Positions 30,910-41,096 of a DNA stretch of 64,000 nucleotides are shown piece after piece. The stretch is from assembly GCA_963668175.1 (NCBI GenBank), contig OY764159.1:2784001-2848000 (forward strand), in the 5' to 3' direction. Within the stretch, counting starts at the first letter, position 1. Each line of letters begins with the position of its first letter. A program made the translations under genes and the position numbers. The notes beneath the pieces were generated by a model, which did not search any database, was not told where the DNA came from, and saw nothing but the letters and a program-made list of their open reading frames with translations. The DNA is from Syntrophales bacterium (lineage in GTDB: Bacteria; Desulfobacterota; Syntrophia; Syntrophales; PHBD01).

Positions 30910-31281
30910 GTGCGTATCCTTGCCCGGCTCCGGCCGTTTGTGAGGCAAGGAAATAATCATGGAAGGACCTTGCCGGCGCGCACGGGCGGGACTTCCCGTA
31001 CCGCTGTCGTCCGCATCATCCCGTAATCGTTCGATGGCCGGAACGGACGAATGCCCGGCGGCGGCTTCCCCGCACCGATGCCGCTGGTGATGAGGCATCG
31101 ACGCCGATTCGCATTCACCCTGCATCCGACGCCGGAACGGGCCAAAGGATCGCCCCTCGCGGGAAGGCGGCGGATAGGCATGGCCGCCTTTTCCGCATTT
31201 CGGAATAGCAGGGCAGGGCCGTTTCGCCGGTCTCGCCCATCGTGCCCGTCCCGCGGCGGGAAAGGGCATTGCTTGCCCGAC

Positions 31282-34011
31282 TCATTGCGGCAAGGGCGCG
31301 ACGGATATGCGGGCGTCGGCCACGTAGCAGCCCTGGCCGGCTTCCATCACCATGATGGGATTCAGGTCCATCTCCCGTATTTCCTGGATGTCTTCGATCA
31401 GGGCCGAAATTCTGAGCAGCAGGTCCTTGACGGCGGCGATATCCGAAGGGGGGGCGCCTCTCCAGCCGTCCAGGATCTTACGCGCCTTGAAGGTATGGAT
31501 CATCTCCTCCGCATCGACGTCCGTCAGGGGATGTATCCTGAAATTGACGTCTTTAAAGAGTTCCGCATAGATGCCGCCGAGTCCGAACATCATGATGGGG
31601 CCCAGATTCCTGTCCTGCGTCACGCCGACGATCAGTTCCACGCCGCCCGACAGCATTTTCTGGACGGTGACGCCCTGCATTTCGTCGCTTCTGGATAGTT
31701 TAGCGACGTTCTCGCCGATCCGGCGATAGGCGTCCGCTACTTCGTCCGCCGATTTCAAATTCAGCATGACGCCGCCGACGTCGGTCTTATGGGTGATGGT
31801 GGGGGAGAAGAGCTTCACGGCCACAGGATAGCCGATGCGGTCGGCGGTTTCCGCGGCTTCTTCCGCCGTCCGGGCGATCCTGGAGGAAGCGGAACGGATG
31901 CCGTAGGCCGCGAAAAGATCGGATATGTCGTCGGAGTTCAGCCATACGGGCCCGTCGTGGCTTTTCGCCAGCGCCTTTTGAATAATGCCTGCGGCCGACT
32001 CCTTGTCGATGTCGTCGAACTTCGGTATTTCCCCCGTCGGCTGCTGGACATGTTCGTAATATTCATAGGCCCTCGCGAGGGCGAATGCGGTTGCTTCCGG
32101 AAACTTGTACAAGGGGACGTAGCCTTCCGCGGGCGATCCGATAAGCGCCTTTTCCCCTGTGGATTGCTCGACGCCCAGAAACGAAGCCAGGACAGGTATC
32201 CCTTTCTTGCGGTATTCAAGTGCGGACTGCCGGATAGCGAGGGCCATGAAATCCAGAAGTTCCGGCACGGGCGGGATGTAAATCACGACCACGGCGTCGA
32301 TATCTTCCTCCAAAAGGAGCTTCAAGGCCCTTTGATATTGCTCCGGCGAAACCGCCGCCGTCGTATCGATGGGATTCAGGTAGCTCGCCTTGGGCGGAAG
32401 GAAGGATTTCAGTTCGTTTCTCGTTTTCTCCGACAGGATGGGAAACTGGAAGCCTTCGGCGGACAGTGCGTCGACGGCCATGATGCCCGCGCCGCCCCCA
32501 TTGGTCAATACGGCCACTTTGTTGCCTTTCGGCAGGGGCTGGCTGGCGAGGAAAGTCGCAGCGTTGAACAATTCTTCCAGCGTGTTGCATCGGATCATGC
32601 CGACCTGCCGGAACAGCGCATCGCTGACGATATCGGCCGACATCATGGCCCCCGTATGCGATGCCGCCGCGCGGGCGCCCGCGGACGAACGTCCGCTTTT
32701 CACGACGAGGACCGGTTTCTTGGCCGTGGTTTCACGCGCGATGCGGGCGAATCTTCGGGGATCTCCAAAGGATTCGAGATAGAGCAGGATAATATCCGTA
32801 TCCTTGTCTTCCGACCAGTACTGTAAAAGCTCGTTGTCCGACACGTCCGAGCGGTTGCCGATGCTGACGAAATTGGACAATCCCAGGCCTATCGTCGAGC
32901 AATAGACCAGGATGGCTCCGCCCAGTGCGCCGCTTTGCGTGCCGAAGGCGACTTTGCCGTGGAGCGGGAAAAGGGGGGCGAACGACGCATTCATGCTGAT
33001 CGCGGGATTCATGTTGAGAATGCCGAGGCAGTTGGGGCCGATGACGCGCATGCCGTAGGCCCGGGCGGTATTGATCAGCTTCTTTTCCCGTTCGATGCCT
33101 TCCCCGCCCATCTCCGAATATCCGGCGGTGATGACCACGAGGCCCTTGACGCCCTTTCGCGCGCAGTCTTCGACCAGCGGCTGGGCTTTTTCGGCGGCGA
33201 CGACGATGACGGCAAGGTCCACCTCGCCCGGAACGTCCAGAATGGACGGATACGTTTTGATCGACGAAACGACCTCGACTTTGGGATTGATGGGATAGAC
33301 GATGCCCGTGTAACCGTAGGCGATCAGATTTTTGACGATCGCATTGCCGATGCCGGGCTTGTTGGATGCGCCAAGAACCGCTATGGACCGGGGTTTCATA
33401 AACCTGTCGATGGAGGCGACGGACGCCCGCAGCTCCCGCTCCGCATATTTGATGATAACGGAAGGGGTCGGAACGATGCTGTACGTCCCCCGCCAACTGG
33501 AGGCCCCCTCCGATTTGTCGACCAGCTCGAATCCGCTTTGCTGCATCATCTTGGTCACTTCGGTGTTCTCGTTCAGGATTTCCACTTCAAAGGTGTCGAT
33601 GTCGCGTTCCTTCGCTATGTAGACCAGCATCTCGAACAGACGCGACCCGATGCCTTTCTTTTGATGCGAATCTTCAACGACGAAGGCTATTCTCGCCGTA
33701 TGGGAAGCGGGCGGCCGCCAATAACGCCCGACCCCGATGATTTTTTCCTCCGTTCCCTCCCCGTGGACAGCCACGACGGCGGACCGGTCGTTGTAATCGA
33801 CGGCGGCATAACGGCGGATGTCCTCCTTCGACCAGGCGGACATATCGAAAAACCGCAGATATTTGCTGCGGTTGCTCAGCCGGTTGACAAAAGACAACAG
33901 CTTGTCTTCATCGTCGATCGTGATTGCTCTCAGATTAATCATGGAACCGTCTTGCAGGGCAAAGGCCCTGGTATATTTTTCAAGATTGGCATGATTTGTT
34001 TTATCGGTCAT
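31282..34011 (-). CDS. GNAT + NDP-forming acyl-CoA synthetase-like protein (Pat-type protein lysine acetyltransferase, GNAT N-terminal)
   Basis: N-terminal GNAT (HQKKGIGS), CoA-binding PRSIAVLGAS, GPNCLG, SHTGA, NPID, ATP-grasp THKTDVGGV. Confidence 0.88.
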   Translation of the reverse strand: MTDKTNHANLEKYTRAFALQDGSMINLRAITIDDEDKLLSFVNRLSNRSKYLRFFDMSAWSKEDIRRYAAVDYNDRSAVVAVHGEGTEEKIIGVGRYWRPPASHTARIAFVVEDSHQKKGIGSRLFEMLVYIAKERDIDTFEVEILNENTEVTKMMQQSGFELVDKSEGASSWRGTYSIVPTPSVIIKYAERELRASVASIDRFMKPRSIAVLGASNKPGIGNAIVKNLIAYGYTGIVYPINPKVEVVSSIKTYPSILDVPGEVDLAVIVVAAEKAQPLVEDCARKGVKGLVVITAGYSEMGGEGIEREKKLINTARAYGMRVIGPNCLGILNMNPAISMNASFAPLFPLHGKVAFGTQSGALGGAILVYCSTIGLGLSNFVSIGNRSDVSDNELLQYWSEDKDTDIILLYLESFGDPRRFARIARETTAKKPVLVVKSGRSSAGARAAASHTGAMMSADIVSDALFRQVGMIRCNTLEELFNAATFLASQPLPKGNKVAVLTNGGGAGIMAVDALSAEGFQFPILSEKTRNELKSFLPPKASYLNPIDTTAAVSPEQYQRALKLLLEEDIDAVVVIYIPPVPELLDFMALAIRQSALEYRKKGIPVLASFLGVEQSTGEKALIGSPAEGYVPLYKFPEATAFALARAYEYYEHVQQPTGEIPKFDDIDKESAAGIIQKALAKSHDGPVWLNSDDISDLFAAYGIRSASSRIARTAEEAAETADRIGYPVAVKLFSPTITHKTDVGGVMLNLKSADEVADAYRRIGENVAKLSRSDEMQGVTVQKMLSGGVELIVGVTQDRNLGPIMMFGLGGIYAELFKDVNFRIHPLTDVDAEEMIHTFKARKILDGWRGAPPSDIAAVKDLLLRISALIEDIQEIREMDLNPIMVMEAGQGCYVADARISVAPLPQ

Positions 34012-34445
34012 TCGGTGCCTCCTTCAGCTTGACATGATGCATCGCCGGCGGGATCGATCCGCGGTCTCGACGGCGCACGGCGACGGCAAAACCGGCCGTG
34101 CCGCAGTGCGTAACTCCTGGGGCGGTTACGCCGGCGACTTGCCGGCATGGTATCATATTAAGCCGATTTTGTAAGCTCCTTAAGCTGCCGGCACATGTCG
34201 CAGACGAGGGCTCCCGACCGGCAGGGCGGGAGCGCGTTGTTGCGCCGGAGGGGCTCTCCGCGCTTGTCCGGCTGACGGCGGGTACGGCCCATGCCGGCGG
34301 TAACCGGTTATCCGGATAACCGCGAAAACGTTCGGTTCCGCCTATCGCTTCCAAAACAGACATGCAGGCAATTTGTAATGCATGATGATTCTTTTGCAAT
34401 TCCCCTAATGTCGGTATGTTATAATTATATTATACCTTATTCTTA

Positions 34446-34474
34446 TTGACATTAATGGTAAAATATATTATGAT
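34446..34474 (+). promoter_or_regulatory. Sigma-70 promoter of WG-repeat/E6 operon
   Basis: TTGACA-17 bp-TATGAT inside a ~290-bp region paralogous to about 27810-28100. Confidence 0.75.
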
Positions 34475-34544
34475 ATCGATATGATAACATGGCAATGCCG
34501 GACAGGACAGAAGGCGTTCGGACCGTTGGCCGTTTATAAGGGAG

Positions 34545-35864
34545 GTGAACAAGATGAACGGAAGAAATAGATGGGCGAACAGGATTATACTCATTATTCT
34601 GATTACATGGGCATGCCTCTCTATCCCCGTGAGCGAAGCAGGAGCTGACGAGAGCTCTTTCCCTTGCCCCGTCTTCCTGAAAAGCGATGGCCGCAATATT
34701 CCCGGCATTGGGAGATACCGGTGGGGATACATCGATATCAAGGGGAACATCGTCATCAAGCCGCGTTTTGTTGATGCGGTGCATTTTCGCGAAGGCCTGG
34801 CGGCGGTGATCGTCAAGGGTAAAGGATATGGATATATAGATGTGAAAGGAAAGTTTGTCATCGATCCGGCTTTCGATCGGGCACAGGATTTCTGGAAGGG
34901 GATGGCCCGCGTCAAGATGAAGGGCAAATGGGGCATCATCGACAAGACCGGGCGGTTCGTCATTCCGCCCGCATACGATCATGTCAACGTTTTCAGGGAA
35001 GGCATGGCCGCGGTTATGGCCGGTGACAAGTGGGGCTTCGTCGACGAGACGGGACGGATTGTCGTTCCGCCCTTATACAAGCAAGTTGAATATTTCAACG
35101 AAGGCATGGCCGCGGTTATGGTCGGCGACAAGTGGGGCTTTGTAGACAAGACGGGGCGGACGGCGATTGAACCGGTGTTTTCATCGGCAGGAAGTTTCAG
35201 CGAAGGCTGCGCGGCCGTAATGATCGACAAAAAAGCAAAATTCATCAATCGTCTCGGGGAAAAAACGATTGCCCGGGAATATGAGGGTGCGGGAGGTTTC
35301 AACGAAGACATGGCCGCAGTCAAGGTTAACGGCAAATACGGCTTCATCAACAGAGCGGGCGACATGGTTATTCAACCGGAATTCGATGAGGTTCATTTTT
35401 TTCATAATGGCCTGGCGGCGGTCAGGGTTAACGGCAAATACGGCTTCATCAACAGAGCGGGCGACATGGTTATTAAACCCGAATTCGACGACTATGAATC
35501 GTTTCATGAGGGCCTGGCGGCGGTTGTTATAAAAGAAAAATGGGGCTTTGTTGACGTGACGGGCAGGCTGGTCGCCGCGCCGCAGTTCGATCGAGTACGG
35601 AGTTTCAGCGAGGGGCTGGCCGCGGTATACGACGGCAGCGATGAAATCCGTTATATCGACAAGTCCGGAAAAATCGTAATCCGCAATAAGCATAAAATCA
35701 CCGACGGCGGCTGGTTGGGAAATTTCGGAAAAGACGGTGTGGCCAAAGTCTGTACCGACTTTACCAGCAATGGTTATTTGGGATGCGGATTCATCGACAG
35801 ACAGGGAAACTTTGTCATCAAGCCGAAATTTACATCAACGAGTTATGGACGAGAAAAAATTTAA
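34545..35864 (+). CDS. WG-repeat exported protein, putative immunity for E6
   Basis: About ten WG repeats, signal peptide, paralog of 28056..29168. Confidence 0.9.
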   Translation: MNKMNGRNRWANRIILIILITWACLSIPVSEAGADESSFPCPVFLKSDGRNIPGIGRYRWGYIDIKGNIVIKPRFVDAVHFREGLAAVIVKGKGYGYIDVKGKFVIDPAFDRAQDFWKGMARVKMKGKWGIIDKTGRFVIPPAYDHVNVFREGMAAVMAGDKWGFVDETGRIVVPPLYKQVEYFNEGMAAVMVGDKWGFVDKTGRTAIEPVFSSAGSFSEGCAAVMIDKKAKFINRLGEKTIAREYEGAGGFNEDMAAVKVNGKYGFINRAGDMVIQPEFDEVHFFHNGLAAVRVNGKYGFINRAGDMVIKPEFDDYESFHEGLAAVVIKEKWGFVDVTGRLVAAPQFDRVRSFSEGLAAVYDGSDEIRYIDKSGKIVIRNKHKITDGGWLGNFGKDGVAKVCTDFTSNGYLGCGFIDRQGNFVIKPKFTSTSYGREKI

Positions 35865-35876
35865 GGGAGCAAGGAA

Positions 35877-37211
35877 ATGGCAGCATTATACGACAGGTTG
35901 GACGCGGAACAGAAGAAGGTTTACGACAAAATCGTTGCGTTCGGAAAATCGAAAGAGTTTTCAACGGAAGATATCAATATCGCCCTGCAGATCGCCTATG
36001 TGGAGTCCGAATTTGGAAAATTGAAGGACAAAGAAGGTGAAGATGCACCAAAAGGCCTCTATCAATATTCCGAAAGACACTGGAAGGACAGACAACGCCC
36101 CGGCTGGTCGCAAGTCGGCAAGGAAGTCAAAGATATTCTTTCCTCCTGGGGTTATACGAAAGATCCGAAACGTCCTGAAGGTAATACAGATCCTGAATAT
36201 GAAAAAGGCACCGTCAACATTTTTCAGGAAAAGCAGGACGATCAGATAGCGATGTTCTATGCAGAGCTGAAAATTTACACGGATAGATTCAAGAAAGGCG
36301 TATCCGATCCGGCTTATAATAAAGTCTGCCGGAATATGCAATGCCCGACGGATCCATACAGCCGGAAAGCCTTGTATATTGAGGCGACGCACCACAGTGC
36401 CGATAATATCGGGGAAGTTCTCAACGGCTGGAAAAAGAAAGTCCAGCCCAATTTGATGGATAATTTGAATTATTTAAAAAAGAACGCAGTCAAGTGGGAG
36501 AAGAAAATCTCCCAGGACGATACGGAAGCTGCAACAGACAAGGTCGCCGAGGCGACGGAGCGGGATTCCGGGCGGACAACCCCGGCCGGGCAACCGGTCG
36601 ACGCGTATTCAACCGAAGACGGGACGAGAAAAGACCTCGCTGCGGGAAACGAGGCCGAAGCCGAAACGGCGAGAAAAGGCGACGATGCTGGCGAAAGGGA
36701 TGCCGACGATTCCACGAACAAGCGAGGCGGCGCTTTCAAGTCTGCCTCGAACGGTTCGTCCGTGGGCATGCCCGAAGCTCCATGGCGTCATGCGATGGCG
36801 GCGTTGGGCGTGAAGCCCGGCGATGTGCAATTTACAGACTGTTGAAAAACGTCCATCTGTTGCGTTGCGCCGTAAGCCTCGTCATTCGACATACGTCTAT
36901 GTATACCTCATTCCTCGGCTTTTGCGCGCCTTACATCTGGACATTTTTGAACAGCCTGCGTGCCCCCTGCATAGTAGGGGGACGCGCCCCCCGAATGGGG
37001 AGTTCAAAATCGAGTTTTTCAACAAGCATTTTACGCAGACGGCTGCGAAATGACCGCAGGCGACAGGAAGATCGTGGTGGATAAGATAAACGACTCCGAC
37101 GTGTATGTGGAAACATATGCCAAGAACGACGAAGGGGATTTAAAGCTTCAGAAGACCGTGAGAATCGGCGACAACGACGGGATAACGTTGAGAAGGCCGT
37201 TTGCCGCTTAG
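35877..37211 (+). pseudogene. Putative effector E6 (SLT-like), C-terminal domain disrupted by an insertion
   Basis: VESEFG…KGLYQY motif; paralog of E5; ORF stops at 36845 inside the insertion; the domain resumes at 37041 (GCEMTAGDRK…RRPFAA*). Confidence 0.82.
36835..37027. mobile_element. MITE-like non-autonomous insertion
   Basis: Inverted repeats cagactgttgaaaaacgtcca (36835) and tggacatttttgaacagcctg (ends 36958), 18/21 match; second end-like tttttcaacaagc at 37015-37027; interrupts E6. Confidence 0.7.
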
Positions 37212-37256
37212 CGTCGGTATTCGCCTGACGGCTACGGCGGAGCGGGGATGGCTTTT

Positions 37257-38603
37257 TCACCCCGCCTTTGCCATCTCCTTCAATTCGCGGTACATCTCGT
37301 AGGTGAGAGTGTCCGACCGGCAGGGCAGGAGCGTGTTGTTGTGCCATAAGGGCTCGCCTGCGATGTCGTAGGGCGACGTCCGTACCGATTCGTCCCAGAG
37401 GGCCGTCCCCGGGATGGGCGAATATTCGGCGATGACGGGCTTCGCCCCGCACGCCTTGACGAAACGGATGCTCCCGGCGACCTCTTCCGCCGTCTGGCCC
37501 GGCAGACCGCAGATAAGGTAGATGCCGATCTCTTCCTGTTTGTAGCCTGCCTCGTGGAGATACCGGCAGGCGGCCTCCAGGTGTTCGTTCCTCACCTTCC
37601 CCCCCGTCTCCTTCTGCCTTTTCGCGTCCGACGTCTCGAAGCCGAACCGGATCGTCTCGAAGCCCGAACGGCGCATGAGAAGGGCCGTATTTTGATCGAT
37701 CCGGTTGAGGTGCAGGCCGTTGGGGCAGTGAAACCTAACGTCGAGTTTACGGCGGATTATTTCCTCTGTAAGGGGGATGAACATGCCCTCCGGATCGGCG
37801 AGGAGCGCATCGTCGTAGAACGAGTAGTGCCGGACGCCCAGGGTATTCCGCCAGTGTTCGATTTCGTCGGCCACCCGGACCGGGTCGCGCCGGCGGAAGC
37901 CGGGGTTCAACAGGTGCGACGCGCAGTAGGTGCAGTTGTATGGGCAGCCCCGCGTCGTGAGGATGGGTAACTGCTCCGGCCGGTTCAGAAGGTCGAAGGC
38001 GGGGTAGGGCAGGGAGTCGGGTCGATCCAGGTCCGGCTCGTATTCGATTCCGCCGCCCAATATCTCGACGATCAGCTTTCGCCATGCCGTTTCCGCCCTT
38101 TCGGCGAAGACAAAGTCCGCCCCGGAGCGTTTCGCGTGATCCGGGCACAGGGCCGGGTAATGCCCCCCGAGGACGACGGGGACACCCGGGAATATCTTCT
38201 TCGCCTCTTCGATTGCCTCCCATACTCCTGGATACCAGTACGTCATCATGGACGTCACGAGGATATGGCCCGGCTTTTTGATGCCTTCCAGGGCCTCCCG
38301 GAACACCTCCGGTCTTATCCCGTACCTGTTGTATTTTCTCGGGACCCCCGAAAGAGGGTAGGGCTTTTCGATGGCCTCCTTGTGGAACTGCCCCTGTCCG
38401 GCTCCTTTCCTCTTTGGAGATTTGACGCCTCCCCGATTTTGCATGAGCGGGTGGTTCGGGTCCAGGCAGTCCAGGTACGAGATACGGTATCCGTTTTTAC
38501 GCAGGTAAGAGGCGAGGTAGAGGAGCCCCAGCGGCTTGATCCAGAAATCGTACGCCGCAAAGTCGTGAATCCACGGGTTGACGAGTAGAATTTGATCCTT
38601 CAT
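37257..38603 (-). CDS. B12-binding-domain radical SAM protein
   Basis: PLGLLYLAS B12-binding N-terminus, TTRGCPYNCTYC CxxxCxxC, FGFET. Confidence 0.9.
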   Translation of the reverse strand: MKDQILLVNPWIHDFAAYDFWIKPLGLLYLASYLRKNGYRISYLDCLDPNHPLMQNRGGVKSPKRKGAGQGQFHKEAIEKPYPLSGVPRKYNRYGIRPEVFREALEGIKKPGHILVTSMMTYWYPGVWEAIEEAKKIFPGVPVVLGGHYPALCPDHAKRSGADFVFAERAETAWRKLIVEILGGGIEYEPDLDRPDSLPYPAFDLLNRPEQLPILTTRGCPYNCTYCASHLLNPGFRRRDPVRVADEIEHWRNTLGVRHYSFYDDALLADPEGMFIPLTEEIIRRKLDVRFHCPNGLHLNRIDQNTALLMRRSGFETIRFGFETSDAKRQKETGGKVRNEHLEAACRYLHEAGYKQEEIGIYLICGLPGQTAEEVAGSIRFVKACGAKPVIAEYSPIPGTALWDESVRTSPYDIAGEPLWHNNTLLPCRSDTLTYEMYRELKEMAKAG

Positions 38604-38639
38604 GTAAGTTCTAAAGAAATGCTAAAGCATACTTTAACT

Positions 38640-38766
38640 TGTACAGTATAAATACTTGTATTGCTTCTTGTAAACGTAACAATAAAAGATATCGTGTTGT
38701 ACAGTATATCCAATGGGGTCCTGGTGTGAAAATAGTATTGTCATCCGTGATCTTATACTGTATAAG
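38640..38766. promoter_or_regulatory. Three operator-like T(A/G)TACWGTATA sites in the divergent intergenic region
   Basis: tgtacagtata at 38640 and 38698; palindrome cttatactgtataag at 38752. Confidence 0.55.
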
Positions 38767-38804
38767 CTCTATTGGCAAATAAAGAATTCGACGGATGTGC
38801 CGCC

Positions 38805-39935
38805 ATGGAGAAAAACTGGATCAGCAGCCTCGAAATCATGGCCAAGACGGGCCTGTCCCGCCAGACGCTCAACAACTATATCAACTGGGGCATCCTGCCC
38901 AAGCCGGAAGTCCGCAAGCCCGACGACCCGTCCGTACGGGCCCGGCAGCTCGGCTACTTCGACCCCTCCGTACTGGAAACGATCGCCGCCGTCAAGAACT
39001 TCAAGGGCCACGGCATACCCATGGCCGAGATCAGAAGAAGGCTGACGGGAAGCAGCGCCCAGGAATCGCTTTTTCCGGAGACACCTTCCGCGCCTCCTTC
39101 AAATGCGGGAAATAAGGCCGCCAGGAGGAACGGACCGCAGCGGGTCCGCCAGGCGTCGCTGTTCGGTACGGGCGACGATGCCGGGGATGAAGCGCTGGAT
39201 GAGGAAAATCTCGCATCATCGGGATTTCATGAAGAAGATGAGGTGGAAAACGAAGCGCGTACCGCGATGTCGGCCGAGCCCCGCGACTTTTGCGTCCTTG
39301 CCGCCACGCTGAAGGATGCGGCGCAGGTAAGGGCGGAACTGCTGCCGGCAAAATACCTCGATCTGTGGCAGAAGCTCTGGACAGCCGCCGAAGCAGCGGT
39401 TCGGGAATGCGACGGCCGCTGGCTCGTCCGGGAAGAAAGCACGATCATCGCGTATTTCCTCAACAATGACCGGAACGAAGCACACGGCCGGGCGGTTGCC
39501 TGCAGCCTGCAATTCATGAAAGAGTCCGAAAAACTGGGGAGTTATCTGAAAAACCGCAACAAGTACATGAGCAATGTATCGGTAGGTATAGGCATTCACA
39601 ACGGATTCGACTATATCGACGCCATGGGAGAGGGACAAGCCGTCCAGGTGATCGACGCCGGGGATACGACGACGGCGGCGGTCAGGCTTTCGCAATATGC
39701 CCGGGGCGGGACCGTCTGGGCGTCGAAGGGCTTCATCAACCGCCTGCCGGAGGGCGTCCGGCGGCGAATCAGGTTCGGCGTCCGGTCCCAGGGGCAGCCG
39801 AACGGTGAATTCCTGGACAGCCGGTTCCTGCGGATCGGCGATTCCCCGTACAACGGCGCCGAGAACGGCCGCCGCGAATTCCCGGAGATCGAAGACATGC
39901 CCGTCACCGAAATCGTCGAACGTTCGCTGAGATAG
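38805..39935 (+). CDS. MerR-like HTH fused to a degenerate class III nucleotide cyclase-like domain
   Basis: IMAKTGLSRQTLNNYINWGILPKP HTH; VGIGIHNG…AGDTTTAAVRLS cyclase-like segments. Confidence 0.7.
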   Translation: MEKNWISSLEIMAKTGLSRQTLNNYINWGILPKPEVRKPDDPSVRARQLGYFDPSVLETIAAVKNFKGHGIPMAEIRRRLTGSSAQESLFPETPSAPPSNAGNKAARRNGPQRVRQASLFGTGDDAGDEALDEENLASSGFHEEDEVENEARTAMSAEPRDFCVLAATLKDAAQVRAELLPAKYLDLWQKLWTAAEAAVRECDGRWLVREESTIIAYFLNNDRNEAHGRAVACSLQFMKESEKLGSYLKNRNKYMSNVSVGIGIHNGFDYIDAMGEGQAVQVIDAGDTTTAAVRLSQYARGGTVWASKGFINRLPEGVRRRIRFGVRSQGQPNGEFLDSRFLRIGDSPYNGAENGRREFPEIEDMPVTEIVERSLR

Positions 39936-40020
39936 ACCCCTTCGGATAAATCCGGCCGGAGAAAATACTTGCTGACTGCGGGAATTGTTGCTAGCATGCT
40001 CCACTTTAAAGGGGCGGGGC

Positions 40021-40470
40021 ATGAAGGCAGTTCTCCAGCGTGTCGACCGGGCGGGCGTCCAGGTAGAAGGCCGTTCCGTTTCGGAGATCGGCAGGGGCCT
40101 CCTGGTTCTTCTGGGGGTCGAAGCCGGCGACGGCGCGGCGGATGCAGATTATCTATGCGAAAAGATTATCAATCTGCGTATCTTTGAAGACGACCAGGGC
40201 AAGATGAACCTCTCCCTTCTGGATATCAAGGGGGAGATGCTGGTCGTTTCGCAGTTCACCCTTCTCGCCGATTGCCGCAAGGGCCGGCGGCCCTCGTTTG
40301 CGCATGCCGAGGCCCCGGAGGCCGCCCGGAATCTCTACGAATATTTCATGAAGAAGGGCAAGGAAACGCTTCCCGGCGTCGCAGGCGGCATCTTCCAGGC
40401 CATGATGAAGATCGAACTTGTCAACGACGGCCCCGTGACCATCATACTCGATACGAAAAGGGATTCATGA
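40021..40470 (+). CDS. dtd: D-aminoacyl-tRNA deacylase
   Basis: [27 protein letters not shown]. Confidence 0.96.
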   Translation: MKAVLQRVDRAGVQVEGRSVSEIGRGLLVLLGVEAGDGAADADYLCEKIINLRIFEDDQGKMNLSLLDIKGEMLVVSQFTLLADCRKGRRPSFAHAEAPEAARNLYEYFMKKGKETLPGVAGGIFQAMMKIELVNDGPVTIILDTKRDS

Positions 40471-40961
40471 CCGACGCGAAGACCGACCACACCCCTCCGT
40501 GCGACATCAGGATCGACAAGGAAGGCATCTGGTATTTCCGGGGAGCGGAGATGTTCCGGAGGGAGATCGTCAACCTTTTCTACGAACACATGTACCGCGA
40601 CGAGGCGGGACGGTACGTCATCGAACTCCCCGACGACCGCTGCTTTCTCGAAGTGGAGGACGCGCCCTTCGTCGTGAAAAGCGTGAGCAAGTGCAACAAC
40701 GGCAACGGCGGCGAGGATGTGCTCGTCGTGGAGCTTTCGGACGATAAGACGGAAGAGCTGGACCCCGCGCGCGTCTGGATCGGCGACGACAACGTCCCCT
40801 ACTGCCGCGTCAAGGAAGACCGGTTCCACGCGCGTTTCACCCGCAACGGCTATTATCAGCTCGCCCGGTTCATCGAATACGACGAAGACCGGCAGGCGTT
40901 TTGTATAAGGCTTAACGACCGCAGGCACTACCTGGGGGAAACGCCTCCGGAAAGGCCGTAG
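40467..40961 (+). CDS. DUF1285-family protein
   Basis: [11 protein letters not shown]…EVEDAPF…PY…[15 protein letters not shown] overlap with dtd. Confidence 0.8.
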   Translation: MTDAKTDHTPPCDIRIDKEGIWYFRGAEMFRREIVNLFYEHMYRDEAGRYVIELPDDRCFLEVEDAPFVVKSVSKCNNGNGGEDVLVVELSDDKTEELDPARVWIGDDNVPYCRVKEDRFHARFTRNGYYQLARFIEYDEDRQAFCIRLNDRRHYLGETPPERP

Positions 40962-41007
40962 CGGCCCGTTATAAAAGAAAAACAAACGGCCCCCTGCAAT
41001 GCCCCTT

Positions 41008-41096
41008 CCGAAGGGCTATGACGAAAGGCCCCGAAGGGCTACGACAAAGGCCCCCGAAGGGCTATGATAAAGGCCCCCGAAGGGCTATGATAAAGG
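41008..41096 (+). repeat. About four copies of a 23-bp tandem repeat (ccgaagggctaYgaYaaaggccc)
   Basis: Units start at 41008, 41031, 41054 and 41077; no spacers. Confidence 0.9.

Noticed and set aside
12594..37211. Prophage or lysis cassette explanation for the lysozyme-like genes
   Set aside because: No integrase, terminase, capsid, tail or holin genes; the hydrolases share a C-terminal tag and have individual exported partners.
14848..37211. Diversity-generating retroelement template/variable repeats
   Set aside because: No reverse transcriptase in the window, and differences between copies are not adenine-specific.
41008..41096. CRISPR array
   Set aside because: Repeats are contiguous with no unique spacers, and there are no cas genes in the window.
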